A stretch of DNA of 56,171 bases, filler included, from Platydemus manokwari (taxonomy: Eukaryota): assembly GCA_037951405.1 (NCBI GenBank). It is 5 parts of 5 records of this genome, joined end to end, with 100 filler letters (N's around TTAATTAATTAA, not from the genome) between each part and the next. Parts side by side here need not be neighbours in the genome. Positions count along the whole stretch, not along the records: positions 23,758 to 34,367 come from JBBMOY011119996.1; positions 34,468 to 43,312 come from JBBMOY011340093.1; 3 more parts are not named here. One strand, 5' to 3'. A program made the translations under genes and the position numbers. The notes under the pieces are model-generated. The model did no database searches. It saw nothing but the letters and a program-made list of their open reading frames with translations, and was not told where the DNA came from. Positions 26,901-41,300 of the stretch are shown here, piece after piece. Within the stretch, counting starts at the first letter, position 1; every line of letters begins with the position of its first letter.

Positions 26901-27239
26901 TCATACTAATCTTATCGATAAAATAATATAAAAGATAATGATGAGGTGTGTCAAAATATACCAGAATATATATAATTTCATCATTTTCAATAATCTGTTT
27001 TCAAAGTCTTGATAGCATTTAAATAGCTTTACTTGTAAAATTGATTTTCAAAGAAAGTATTTCCAATGGTGCGCGACCAAAAGAGTCTGCATTGACCTAC
27101 AAGATTTAGCGTTATCGTAATGAAAGTAAAATTAAGAGTTTTTATTAAATTATCCTCACATGGTATTTGTAACGACATTAAATCGCTGGTACTTCTTCTT
27201 GAGATACACAGATTTCTTGAGTTTTATTTTTGGTGTATT

Positions 27240-28900
27240 CTGCCATGAGCTCGTCCTTCATTTTTTCTTTTTCTAATTTAAATCTTTTGATGAGTTGGAG
27301 AACATCAGACCTATTTTTGCTGCGGAAGGACCGTAGAACTTATCCAATACTATCGCATTATCAATTCTCAATGACGATAGGGAAGATGTTGCCGTATTGA
27401 TTTTAAGATGCGTTTCAGTGGAATGTAAGTTCGATTCACTCTCCAGGTATATGGTAGCTGAGCTAATCATTTCGAGGTTCGTCTCTTTAGCTTGTATTCT
27501 AGTCTTGCTTACATTTGTGTTGAGGATATCCAGGTTCACGTGATTTGAGGTTGCTATATGGAGATCAACTTCATTCAATTGTTTGGCTATAGGATTTGTA
27601 ATGTTTTCCGTGCCATTGCAAAGATCAATTTTATTGTATAAGTTTTGATCGTCCAGGTTACTTCTTTTATCATCATCATTTAATATATTAGTTGGCCGAA
27701 ATATATCTTTTAGAGTTTCCATGATTTTATCAGTAACCTTATCTTCTACTCCATAATTACGAAGATTATTTTTGAATTTCAATAGAGCGTCGTTATTCTT
27801 TAATTTTGGGATATTATTAGGTTTACAGATGGGACCTTTAGCATTTTTTTTCATGTTTGTTGGATTCACTCTGCTGTCTTTTTCCCTTTCTCCAAGGATT
27901 TTCTGAATTTATCTAAAGTTGTTTTGAGATTCGGTCCATCATTTGGCAATCCGATGTCAATGTTAAGAGGCCATGACTTATTGGAGTTAATAGTAGCAGA
28001 AATAAGGGGTCTCCGTTTTTCCTTGGCATTTATTTCATTTTTTCCTTCTATTTTTCTTGTAGCCTCAATACGTGAAGAGTTTATAATGGTTTTTCGATTT
28101 TTTGATTAAAACTATGGGGAATAACCTCGTGAGCCATATCCCTTTCTGGAATTTTGTCGTATTTTCCTCCTTACCATTTTGAAACCTTCATCATCGAATG
28201 TAGTTGGATTTAGTTCCTTGTTTGAATTCATGTTGTAAATGTTATCGCTTGATTTCGGCATGCTTGAGGTTTTTTTTTACTATAATGATCCTTCCAGTTC
28301 ATAGATTTTACAATATTTGCATAAGACGGTCTTGGATTGAAGTGGTATTGTCTGTTTCTAAGTGAGAGTATTAATCCGTATTTTCAATCCAGTAATTCGC
28401 TAAGAATTTCTCCAAAACTCTGGCCAACCGATTTATTTATTTCCGCCCATTCAGCGTACCATTTCGTCCAGCTTCGGAGCTAGAGGGTTGTGATCTTCTG
28501 TTATCATTTCTCTTTGGACTGTAGTCACTGTAAGGCTGGTCAACATTTTTTAAGTACTCGTAGTAATTGTCCAACTTTTTGATTTCTCTTCTTTATCGAG
28601 TAAGTTTAGGTTTTTCTCTGGTGATTTGTTTAGTAGATTTTGAATACTTCTTGTTGGAGTTACTCCTGGGTCTGGGCTCATAATTTGGCTTGTCACCCTT
28701 GTAGGAATACTCATCAAAAACCTCTTTTCTGTTAGATGACAAAATATTTTCTGATGCATTGACCAATTGGGAAAGCATTATAGATTTAATATTTATTAAC
28801 TTCGCGGAAAATCGCAATTGAAACGGTTTCTAAGTCTAGATTTTTCTGATTACTAGTAATTTTCACGTTTTACTGAATTTCGATTATATAATCTTCAGTA
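27240..28900 (-). mobile_element. Degenerate retroelement ORF1/gag-like region
   Basis: Chain of K/N-rich intronless minus-strand ORFs (27273-27869, 28550-28817) broken by frameshifts, with a CKYCKSMNWKDH zinc-knuckle-like remnant near 28290-28322. Confidence 0.4.
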
Positions 28901-29879
28901 GCTTTTAATATTTCAAAGTCCCACGTGGCAGACTCGATTTAAACAAATTAGTGAATTCAAGCAACATCACATACTACGTGTATTTTCATTTCATTTCCAA
29001 ATCAAAATTTCAATGTTGACATGGTTTGAAAATTAAAATACTATTTATTTGATTACTATCAAGAAAAATTTTCAATTATTTCATTGATCATGTTTTAAGC
29101 CGTAAGGAATAGCCAGACTCTGAGTTCCGTGATTAAACATTAACGCATGGACATATTGAGATCAGAGCAAAGCAACCTCATTCAATCCAAATAAGCTGTC
29201 TGAAACATTGATATTCGGCATCTCAATTTTTGCGAGTTTTTCTCTTTCCATTGTTGGGTAGATTTTAAATCAATCGAAAGGGTCACAAGAACCAAGGAAA
29301 GAATCCTAAAAGGGTCAATACACACAGACCGATACATTCATATTTAGAAGCAAAGAATCGACAGGCATATACCTGCAGATGGTAACAAGTTCAAATGAGA
29401 GATGCGAGGAAAATTCCAAGTAGATGTATCTAGGAACAGATCCAGCAAATGGAAAATGAATAGCCGTGACATCAAGAGGGTACAACAGATAGGCCTATAA
29501 AAAGAGTTGAGTTCCATGAATATCTTCCAGTCTTCTTTGGTCGATAATTCGAGTTTTAAGCTTATCTTTGTGTGGTTTTAGTAATTAGTCTTTTTGATTA
29601 CCTTCCATTCTGTTTTTGACTTTCGTACGCTGATCCCGTCTTGAGTGACTGACTGTTGTGAGTTGTGAAAATATTTACTGCAGTTATTGAGATTTTGATT
29701 GTGATATTTTGGTTAATATAATTTTCACATCTAAATTGTTGATAATTATACCCAACAATTCTTGGTGAGCCTGAATTCTGAACAAAAATCAATAAATTCC
29801 AGTATGAACGACGAGCAAAAAATTTGGAATCAAATCCCTGCGAACTCAATACATCAAATTCCTATTGAGTCATTGGACA

Positions 29880-32720
29880 AGATACCCCAGCAGATTTCGC
29901 AAGCCGCCAGAAATTGCTAGTCAATCAATACGATGATCTTCCCATCTATTTCATGACCGATTACTTTATCTGCGCGTCTGGATATGGATGGGCAAATAAA
30001 GAATAATACAGCGACTACCGCTCTATTTGAAAGGAGGAGCCAGAGAAGCATATAACCAAATCGATGGTCGAAACATCGCAGAGTGGATGGCACTTTTCGA
30101 AAAACTCATCAGCGGAGACGTATATAAAATTATTCGACAAAAATTCTTCTGTGGAACTCAAAAACATATGAAATTGTCGGAGAATTAGCATTTCATTTTT
30201 TGGTCCTAAGGCAGAATGGCCAGCAAAAACCAGAAAAGTCGTCGAAGACCAATTTTTAAAAGGTGTTCATAGCCACATTATTGCAGCACTTAGTATATCC
30301 GATTACGGCGATTACGATAAACTCACTAAAACAACGATGAGAGTCGAAATGAACTGCACTTCTATGTACAAGCAACCCACAATTTTTGATATAGAAACCG
30401 AAAGTCTAAAAATTGGAAAAATTGAGAGACCTCATGCAGTTTCCTCTCTAACAAGCGATATCACAAAATTTCTGAACGATAATAAAGCTAAACGATTTAA
30501 AGAAGAGGTTGGAAAAGTAAAATATTGGAAAAATAAATTGGGCGATTGTATGACTTGTTTTGAGGAAAGCTCACGACAACTTTGTAGTATTATGAATGAG
30601 TGTAGTAAAATTTCGAATTGGAAAAATGTGGAAAGCAAAAGTTGTATGGCAGTATCATCTCATATTCGGAGAAGTAATGCTACTGATTTAGGATTTAAAC
30701 AAGCGGTTAAATGAAAGAACAATGGTAAAGTTTTTGATATTCGAGTTATAGATTTTTCAAACGTTATTGATATTCGACGACAAATTCCCAGAGAGAATGC
30801 TCCGCTTTCGTATTTAGTGCCAGTTATTAAACGATGATGATAATGAAATGAGTTAAGGAATCGTGCCAGAAATTGATATAGTGGTAAAGATTGAAAATTG
30901 ATATTTTGGGAAAAGAGAAACCCCTGCCGATATTTTATTTCGCTCGAAGGAAGTCCTAACATGAATAATTGATTAAACCAAAAATGATAAAAACGATACA
31001 ATTTTAAAATGTATCGAAAGTTTAAATGTAACGAGTACTAGAAGAAGCTCTATACAGTTACTGATGCAATGAAGTTTACGTACACCTCGCAAACCATGAT
31101 ACATGTACAAATGAATCTCCAACTAACATAGAAAGGAAACATCGCTTTATGGAGGCGATCACAAGAATTCTTTTGGGCTAATGAACAAAGCCTAAAATTT
31201 TAAACTGGACAGCTTTTCTTGCTCCGTTATACAATTTAACATCTGACTAATGGATCTCGCTCCTAGTTAGACGAATCTTGAAGATACCAGAAAAATTGGA
31301 GCTAATCAAATTACAATATTGAGTTAATTTTACTTCTAAGAATAATTTAGCATCGATAGGTATGTATTCGCCATAGGATCTCAAATAAGCCAGACGTAAT
31401 CTTTTGTTTCCACCAAAAAGAGAAAGAGTTTATCGATACAATTTTACCAAGAGGTAAACAAAAGGTAAATTACGAATTTCTATTAAAACCAGATCACTAC
31501 AAAAAGACAACTCTGAACACAATAATGAAAATTTGGGGGAAATTCATATTTTTTGAAAAAGCTTGTGCTGGGATCGATTGAAATTTACGTTATAACATTC
31601 GCAAAAGTTTTAACAGGACAGGTATTATTAAAGTATGGATTATATGATATTGTAGGAGAGTCATGGAAATCAGTACTCTGATGCATGTCATTCCTCGCAA
31701 AATTCTTCATTATTAATCATCAATAGCAAGAAATGGGAAACATGAAAAGGAAAATGCAAAATAAAACGAAGTTAAGATTTATCACGTCATCCATATTAGA
31801 AGAGGACGATTCAAATAATAACGATCTCAAATCAAATAAGAGAAGTGGACAGAGTTATATATCATGTCCAAAATATCAAACTGAGATATATCGGAAACCT
31901 CGATTCCGACAAAAACTTTTTCTAGAGAAAATGAACTATCCATGGCTGAATTGTTTACACCATCAACTGTCAAGCAGCCACAGCCATTTTATCTCACCTT
32001 GGAACTAAAACAGATGAAATCAATCTTAAAGGAAACATCAGAACTCAAAAGAATACAAAATATAAATTGAGATATTGAACGACTAAATTATTTGGGATTA
32101 CTCAATTCCCATGTATATATGACAAGATCATTAACTCAAGGAAAAACTTCGATGGGGAATATCAAAATAAACCAAAGAAAGGTTGATGCAATTATTGACT
32201 TTGGATTTACAATATCTATCTTAACAAGAAATTGTTTGAACACGGAATAATTCAATAATATGACAAGGGGACAAGAATACATAAGAGCATTGGCAGAAAG
32301 CACTCCGTAAATTAATGCAAGAACAACAGTAAAAATCGAAATAGCAAACAAAACACTTCGGCAAGCGGTAGCCATCATAAAAGGAAATAAATTTGACTGT
32401 TTAATCGGGATGGACGTTCTCGAACAATTTGAAAATGAAGTGTTGGATTTTTGAACGGGAAATTTAGTAGAGATGGATACAAGCAGAATAATACATAAAT
32501 CAAATGACGTATTTCTAAAAAATTCCCTTTCACTTCCGCCAAGATCAGAAGTTATATATATTATGCAAATACGCTTGAGAAAAACAGTGGATATCTACTA
32601 TTTGAACCTAATTAACAATTTATAACGTATGTTATGGGTTGGTTAAAGTTGAAGACGAGCGAGTACAGATTATGTTGAAAAATTTTGATAACAAAACGGT
32701 AATTCTTAATGCTTGATAAA
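29880..32720 (+). mobile_element. Degenerate Ty3/Gypsy LTR retrotransposon, gag and aspartic protease portion
   Basis: Gag-like YGWANKE..RLPLYLKGGAREAYNQ (~29980-30060) and VEDQFLKGV (~30241). Protease-like GNIKINQRKVDAIIDFGFTISIL ... FDCLIGMDVLEQF (32155-32430). No RT, integrase or LTR pair recognised. Confidence 0.7.
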
Positions 32721-32898
32721 TAATATTTAAATTATTAATAATATTTTCACATCAAAATGCTTTACTTTGATATTTTTTTCCAATTGAATTCAGTTTAAAA
32801 ATTTTTAGAAATTAAAATGATTTCTGTTTTATACTTTAATACTTTAATATAATTTAACTTTATATAAAAAATGAAACCAAATTATCAAAATTTCATTT

Positions 32899-34367
32899 TC
32901 AACTGTTGTTGAGAATAAACGATTTGAGATTTGAAGGATAAAATGAGCGTTGATTTGTACACATTATAGGAATGGAATAACGCACCATTTGTAAAACGGT
33001 GGTATTTTTCATCAACATTTCACTAATATTTATTGTTTCTTTACCATATTTTGCTAATCTTTTTACGAATGGATGATGTTCTTTTAATATCGCACAATCA
33101 ACTGAAATGGTTTCATCGGGTAAACTGGTTTCAGTTTCATGATTATAATATGGACTTTCACATTTATCAAAATCTGTGTAAGCACTCTTCAGAACACCTA
33201 AAACGTTACATGGTGTGTATATTTGCAACCCGTTCAATGGTCTTTTTATCAATGGATAAACGTAATTCAGTGATATGGTTGAATCACCTTCACCCACCAC
33301 TATTATTTCATCATCATTGATTTGTTCCATTGTAAATATGTCTATATATGGATATTTGAAATCCAAACCTTCAATATCCTCACCAGTCAGACTGAAAAAT
33401 TTAAATTTCACTGGATTATTTGGATTCATAATATAAAATTTGTGAGTTTTGCTCAATTTTCTTAAAGCACGTCTTAAAAGTTTTAGCTGTTTAGAGTCCA
33501 CCATTATGTCTGAAATAATATATTAGCGAGGTTAGACTAAATCGAATAATATTTCAATCAATAATAATATTGAATAATAAATAAATAAATATCTTTTAAT
33601 AAAAATAAAAACATAGAAAAAACTTTGTAGAAAATATTAATATTTCATATATGTCATATCTAGTCTTTGAATACTCCAATTTACTTATAATGTTGAATAA
33701 TTTTTGTAATGAAATTTTACTGACCACTGGCTTGTTGTTTTCACATGGACGGATTTCTTTAATGGCATGATAACTTCTACAGAAATTATAATATTGATAA
33801 AGTTAAACTCCTGGTATGGAAAAGGAGATTTATTAAGTTAATTCTAATGACCAATGTTTTATAGTTATTGTTTCTATTTCTGTTCTATCTTTCAGGTACT
33901 GATCTCATAGTGAAGTGATTATTGAGTTTGTTTAGAGTAAAAAGTCCATAATTTTGTTACTACAGATTAAACATCTGTGATAAAAATAGATTCGTATAAT
34001 TATCATATTATTTGAAAAAATATTAAAATCGATTATAATCACTGAATTTATAATTTATACATCACAATAATTACCGATATCATCATCCCAGGGAATAATT
34101 CCATGATGCCTATGCACGCCGATTAATGTTCCCATGTGTGCCATATAGGTTATTTTGTGAGATTCCAATTGATTGATAAGAATACTTAAAAGTTCCAACA
34201 TTTTCAATTTATTATATGACGTCATTCTGTTTTGAAAATAATACAAATAATCTTTCACGGGGTTTTCTTCTTGGATGGAAGGACTTTCAGTTGAATCAAT
34301 TGCCATCGTTGGAGCAATCGATTGTTCGGTGATGTCCAGCTTATGTTTTGTTTCATTTGATTGTGTA
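32899..34367 (-). CDS. LicD / fukutin-related family phosphotransferase, 5'-truncated by the gap
   Basis: Exon 34367-34075 (GTLIGVHRHHGIIPWDDDI) splices to exon 33509-32899, completing the LicD motif PWDDDIDI. Downstream YPYIDIF and YPLIKRPLNG. Stop at 32899. Confidence 0.9.
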
Positions 34368-34467
34368 NNNNNNNNNNNNNNNNNNNNNNNNNNNNNNNNN
34401 NNNNNNNNNNNTTAATTAATTAANNNNNNNNNNNNNNNNNNNNNNNNNNNNNNNNNNNNNNNNNNNN
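34368..34467. other. Artificial contig linker
   Basis: N44-TTAATTAATTAA-N44. Confidence 0.97.
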
Positions 34468-34560
34468 AAAACTTCAAAATGATAGACTTGAAAATATATT
34501 AAATTCTATTAATTTAATTAAATATTTAATTAATTATTTGATTGCTTACTTTTATGTATG

Positions 34561-34561
<1 letters not shown>

Positions 34562-34619
<58 letters not shown>
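34562..34619. repeat. (TTA)n microsatellite
   Basis: About 19 perfect units. Confidence 0.95.
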
Positions 34620-35313
34620 CATAATTATTATCATCGAAGTTGAAAATAACCCATAAGTTGTTATTGAAATTTTATATATAATTTTTGCTGGTAATCAATA
34701 AATATTTTTTTTATATTAATAATTTCTCACAGATATTTGAAACACGTATGGAGAAAATTTTATATTTGAGGTTCTTAATTGTTATTCTGTCATCTGGTCG
34801 AGAATTGCAAAAATTTTAGGGTGTTATTCTTAACAGATTGATTTGAGTTAGTAGAACACATCATGTTTTTACTCATCATTTATCACCTTAATTTTGCTGA
34901 AATAAAACATGAAGCGATTAAAAGAAATAGCGGACCGATGGGTGCCCTGATATGATTTAAAATTGATCTTGATTCTCTATATGGTTAATATAAAGCAGAA
35001 GAATTCAAAAACAAATCACATTCATTTTATATAGATCAATTTTCCTGATCTTAATAATTACATAATCAAATGATTCAATTTTTCATCATTATTTATTTAT
35101 AATCACAATTAATTAAATCAAATCTATTACTGATAAAAATATTTGTGAATATTTTAAATCATAAATTTTTCATAGATTTTCAAACCGTTTATAAAATTAA
35201 TAACAAATCATCTTCTAAAAATCTCAAATCAATTTTCATATGAAATAAAATCTGATTGCTTAATTATTTTCTCCAATTTCCAGTTGAAAATAAACAAAAA
35301 TCACTAAACAAAC

Positions 35314-38300
35314 CCATTTAACACCATATGATTAGCCAGTGCTTGCCAACTTGGATCCAATAGAGGCCACAATTGTTGTCTAGTGGTGAATGACAATCTA
35401 GAAAATAATTTTATAAATTCATATTTCATACATTAACGTTACAATGTCATTTAATAAGAAGGAATCTTTAATTGATCGACTGTTTACTAACGAAATATTT
35501 ATTTTGTTACTCATAAGCACGACGATTGTGCAAACAAATTCAACCCAAATTTTGAGACACCAATAATTCCAATATTGAATACTAATAAACTTCAACCACC
35601 CCACTTAAACACAGTCAATGTCGACATAAGTTCTTGTTTAATTTCTAAATAATTTAGCCTTAAATATTATATAGGAATATAAAGGAAATAACTTATTAAT
35701 AATAATAATAATAACAATAATAGTGAGCATTTTAAATCAAATTACAATTTTTAAAGATATAATTTTATATAAATTTAAATTAATTTGTTTAAAAAATTGG
35801 ATTTAAATATAATTTTGGTGTCGAGTCCTTTCAGTTCGTTATCGATGTGTGTTTTATAAAATAGTAGCTGCTTACAGTAATAATATGTAAATAATCAAAA
35901 TAAAAAATACTTATTTGTCATAGTGATGTGATTAGTGAGTAGTAGTTATTTTGACTACATATCAAATATTGATCTATATGTATTGGTCGATAATATTGAT
36001 TTCAATAGTTTCATTACATAAATAAACTGAATTGTTGATGTTATTATATCCGAGCAAGAATCAAAACTTCAGCCAGATGTGTTCGGTTAAAAAAACAAAA
36101 AGAAGTGCAACAGTTATTTTGAACTTTTTAATTATCGATAGTTTTTATTTCGAGAAATTTTACAAAACATTGGACGAAAAAATTTTATGAAAATTTGTCA
36201 TGTAATTTAATCGAATGGTTATGATCAATTCTTCGTGAGTTATTTTAATATGAAACTCAAGGATTCTTTGACGAGTGATTCATCATATTTTTGTAATTAT
36301 GCAAGTGGATGACTCATAATGCCATTATAATTTTACATATTTGCATATTTAGTGGAGCTTGTATCAATAATAGTAGCCTATTTATTAACATTTTCCTTCA
36401 AGGTGCTACCTTGATATTGCTAATGCACTTTTCGAATGCTGATGAATCATAGAAAACCTAATGTTTTTATTGTTTTTGTGTACCAACAATGAAATAGTCA
36501 CCGAAATAAGGGTACAAATAAATAAATAATTGTAAAGGAATCACTAATCGATTGTACAATGATAAGCAAATTAAACATAAAATAGAAATATTATTAAACA
36601 AGAAAATTAGTAAAATTTATTATTCCAGTAAAATGTGAAATGATTATTTACATCCAAGCAGAAAATAAAACTATATTTGAGGTTACACAAAATGTGTTAT
36701 TATTTAAGGGTAAAAAAAAAGGATTGGACTTTAATTACTCAAATCATCATCTTATTCAAATCAGCATCTTATTTAATACAATTATCCACATTTGTACACG
36801 ATAATAATTGCGCGGAATCTGGAACGGTTATAATTTTATTCAGATTAGGAAAAGGTTTTTCGGATTTTCTGTCATTAAAGTTAGTGAATAAAGTAGTGAA
36901 TTCGAGCGAAACAAAACTGGAAATATTGGAGGTCAAAGCAATATATCGTTGCATAATTTGCTTTTAGATCGATATCTATGACGCACATGATTTTACAATA
37001 TCACATATGTTAGCCGCTACTATTTAAAAAACCACACACAAAAAAGTCAAGACACAATCAATCCATTTTAAATCCAAATATTTAAGCGAATATTTCCAAT
37101 TTTACATTAATTTAATTTTTTGATAAAATTAAATTAAATCTGAATTAAATTTGAATAAAATGTGAATTTAAATTGTTTTTAATTAAATAGAAATGCAATT
37201 CATATAAAATATCTCACAACATAGAAGAATGGATTCAAATCGATCGATTAATTTTTTTAAGACAGTCATCATTTTATCACATGAATTATTATTTTTCTTC
37301 ATAATCTTTTCATCTTCAGCATTTCATATTATTTAATAATTCATTCTGCTTTTGACTTCCATAAATAATTCCTTCTTATTATGTTACATTTTTCTCAAAT
37401 ATTTTGTTTTTCATTTTCATAACACAATCTCATATATGTACGAAAAACAGAAGTTAACGGTTTTGACTTCCTCTTCAAGCCAAGTCGAGCAAAGTAAAAC
37501 ATATAAAGCAGGAATAAACAACGAAAATTATAAAATGTTAGCTCAAACATTCGTCTCTTACAATGTGGTTGTCGAAATCAGTAAAGCTATAATTTTAACA
37601 ACTCAAGTTTAACAATATTCTTTAAACGATTTCAAAAGATGCTATTTTAACCTGTACAGAATAAAAAAGCTTTTTGACCCATATCGTTATAATGATAACG
37701 TTCAAATAAAATGATTTTACAACTTCATTAATAAGAAGTACGATATAAAAGCTTTCAGAAATATAATCAATATATCAATCGATATCCTTCTCTACAAAGA
37801 TCGATTATGAAACACTCAACAATTAAGAAACACAAAATCGATACAGAACAAATCTAAATCAGATAATCAATAATTTGAACGATTAAGTTCAAACTAATCC
37901 AAACTAAATTTACCATTGTATATTATGTAAGCCGCTACTATTTTATAAAACACGTATCGAAAACGAACTGAAAGGCCACGACATCAAATTAAATTTCAAT
38001 ACAATTATTAAAACAAATTTATTTGATTTGAAACAAAAATATTTTCATATAAAATTAAATTTGTCAAAATTTTAATTCAATTTAAAACGCCTACATTCCC
38101 CTTACTTTAAAATCTTTGATTTTCTTTGAATTCCTAATTGGTATTATATCGAATGCTCACATAATTATCTACATAACAACTCTAGTTTTTCTATCTGTTT
38201 TATATCTTCTTTAAATCCTCTTTATATATTATCTATATAATTTCAACATTTTTCGCCTTCTTTTCCATAATTTTCAGTATTCGATGTTCTCATAATCCAA

Positions 38301-41300
38301 TCCTGATCTGTGGTCGCCATGTAAGCCTCTACTATTTTATAAAGCACGCATCGAAAACCAATTGAAAAGCCACGACATCAAATACAATTATTTAAACAAA
38401 TTACCTTTTTTTTCATACAAAAATATTATTATGCAAAATTAAATCTATAAAAAATGTTAATTTAATTTCAAATGCTCACATATTGCATGATTTTTCGCTA
38501 TCAAACAAAACTCCTTTTCAGGGGTAAAACAAATTGATAATTTTGATCAATTAATATTACAATTAAAAGAAATTATTTTTTCTCCAGATGATTTATGAAA
38601 TCAATTGGATAAAATAATAATAATAATAATAATAATTCATTTTTTATCAATAGCTTCATAAATAAACCATAAAAGCTTCGTCGGATAAAACGAATTTTGG
38701 ACAAAAAAACCAATTTATATTTATTTTATTATTTCATTTGAACTGTAGTTTTCAGTTGGCATTTCGATGGTAAATGATGCAATAAATTCATTAAATATTA
38801 ATCAATCTAATAAATGAAATCCATTAAAAAACGATAAAAAATTCTTTGTTGTTTTTTCTCGATCGTCAAAAAAGGAATAATAATGAACAATTGGTGTGGC
38901 CATTGGGAAATTGAAATCGTGTCAAATTTGACAAAATTTTTAAATTTATCACATTAATAACAGACAATATATTGAACAGTATTTGTGATAATTGTGGGAG
39001 TAACCTTGATAGGTTATTTATTTTGGTAATTATTTTGTTAATAATGATATCAGTTATCGTTATTCGAGATCTACCATATCAATATCATTATAATATCGGA
39101 GCCAATCAATTCAATTTCGAATCCGTTGGTGGTTTTTATTTTTACATTTTTATATCCACACTGAGCATTTGGAACTGGAAATGAAAAGTAAGAACAACAT
39201 TAAAACAAAATGTATTGATTGAATGATTTGTCTCACAGAGCAAATATATGCTCATTGCGTGCTTAATAACTATATTCGATTTATAATACACTAATCGAAA
39301 TATTTATTTGTCATTTACTAGCGATTCCATTAAAATATATTTATTTAATATTGTTAAACAATTTGAAAATGTGTTTTTCGAAATGTCTATTATCACTTTT
39401 ACACACGGATTTCAATTGAATTCTCAGGTTCGATAAAACATAACAGTAGTATACAAAACGTGGCTAAAGATAGATTGACATACACACATACAAGTCGACT
39501 AATTGTTACGGGTCACATAACCTATTGGTAATTTTTTAAAAGTGAATTAAAGATGTCTCATTGACAGCATTTAGTTACTCAATCATATAAAAATTTCTCT
39601 AAGAATCGACTTTGATAATAGGTATATATGGTGGTGTTCCACAGAGAACAATCCCATTAAGTAAAATCTAAAAGAATTCTTTGAATATTTAGAAATACCA
39701 CTCGTTGCATCGCAATAAAAATCATTAGCTTTAAAAATCTAAACTATTTGGATTATTGATTGTCTAATTAGCCATCGTCTAATCAATTCCAGCCATTTCA
39801 TGATGTCAAACGATTAAAGAACATATCTATATTGTAACGAATTCTACTAAAAGTGGAAAACTGTTGTGAAATGGGACAAGTTTTTGAAATACGATTTTAG
39901 AGAGATTTTAAAAAGTTGGAAGTTTTGACGAAAAAGTACATGGCACACATCGTTACGATAATTATGCCAATATAGTTGATGCAGCTGCTAATTTTGGAAA
40001 TGCAATAGATAATGCTTTGTCCATAATTTCAAAATCTTTTTTCAATATATACTTACAATGAATTAGAACATTAAAAACAATCATTATTCTGCTTCAAGAA
40101 CTTAATGAGAATTATACTGATTAATCATTGAGTTTCTATGAATATTTCATCGCTTCACTGCAACAAGATCCTTATTTTACACTGAGAACTACATTGACAA
40201 ATGAAGCAAACTTCTAATTTGATGGCTCGAATAATTATCATATTTAAGTTTGTTGTTCTGATAAAAGTTGAAACCGTCTTTAAACGAAATTCACATATCT
40301 ACGCAGTGTCACTGTTTGAAGGGCTTATCGGTACAAAGTGTTACTGTGTCATTTTTTCAAGCTGATAGTCAACGACAAAAATTATTTTTTGGTAGCACAA
40401 ATTATTTTCAGTCAATGGGAAACTTACGTCATATAAAATTTTAATAAGTGGATCATGAAAATCGTAATCGGTCTTTATTTAAACAAATCAAGCGATTTTA
40501 AAGCTTTATCAATCTATTCCATCTGATCAACACTCCTACTTCCAGTATATTAGTCCATTATATGATTCACCACCAACACCTCTGTTATTTTATGATAGGT
40601 AAAGCTATAATGCCCATAATTTTGATTTTATAATTGTGATAATCTGCCATTTTTTATAGAACACCTTATTTTATCAACACAAACTCATTAAAAAAATACC
40701 TAAAAACCGTTTGAAGTGGATCTAGATATGCTTGAGAAAATTCTCTATTCAACGGTTGTGATTCACCAGACATCGGAATAAGAGATCTATTATTTGGGGC
40801 TCGTTCTTTGACAACGCGAATAATTGCTTGGTTCTGTGGTAAATCAATTTGTTGAATGGTTATATTGCAACTGAAACCAGATCTCGATGGGTCAATGTGT
40901 TCCAAGAGAAAATGGACTTCATGATTCTGACTGTGGTTCAAACGCCATACTGACGAGTATGAAAATGTCTGAAAATAAAAATATTTTTATAAATAGGGAA
41001 CGATTTCAATAGTAGACTTCAATGGTCTTACAAACATTGATTGAAGGATATATATGGGTGTGTAGGATTAGGTAACGATAAAAGAGAAAATAGTGAATCA
41101 AAGCAGATATATAATTCACAGTAACGCATAAATATTTTATAAAATATATCATCAATAAATAAGTGAAAAAAAATTGCTAAACAAAAATCCATAACAAATA
41201 TCCAATGAAATCGATTTCAGATCTGCAAGAGTGGAATCAACAAACCATAAACTAATCTATCTTGCCGATGTCAAATGACCATGTCACACTTCGAAGAATT

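Noticed and set aside
29090-29890. Candidate 5' LTR and primer-binding site of the Gypsy element
   Set aside because: No second LTR copy in the contig and no convincing tRNA-complementary PBS.
33033-33320. Antisense ORFs over real genes (also 16332-16535, 46020-46202, 52553-52735)
   Set aside because: Shadows of coding sequence on the opposite strand or in another frame, with no recognisable motifs.
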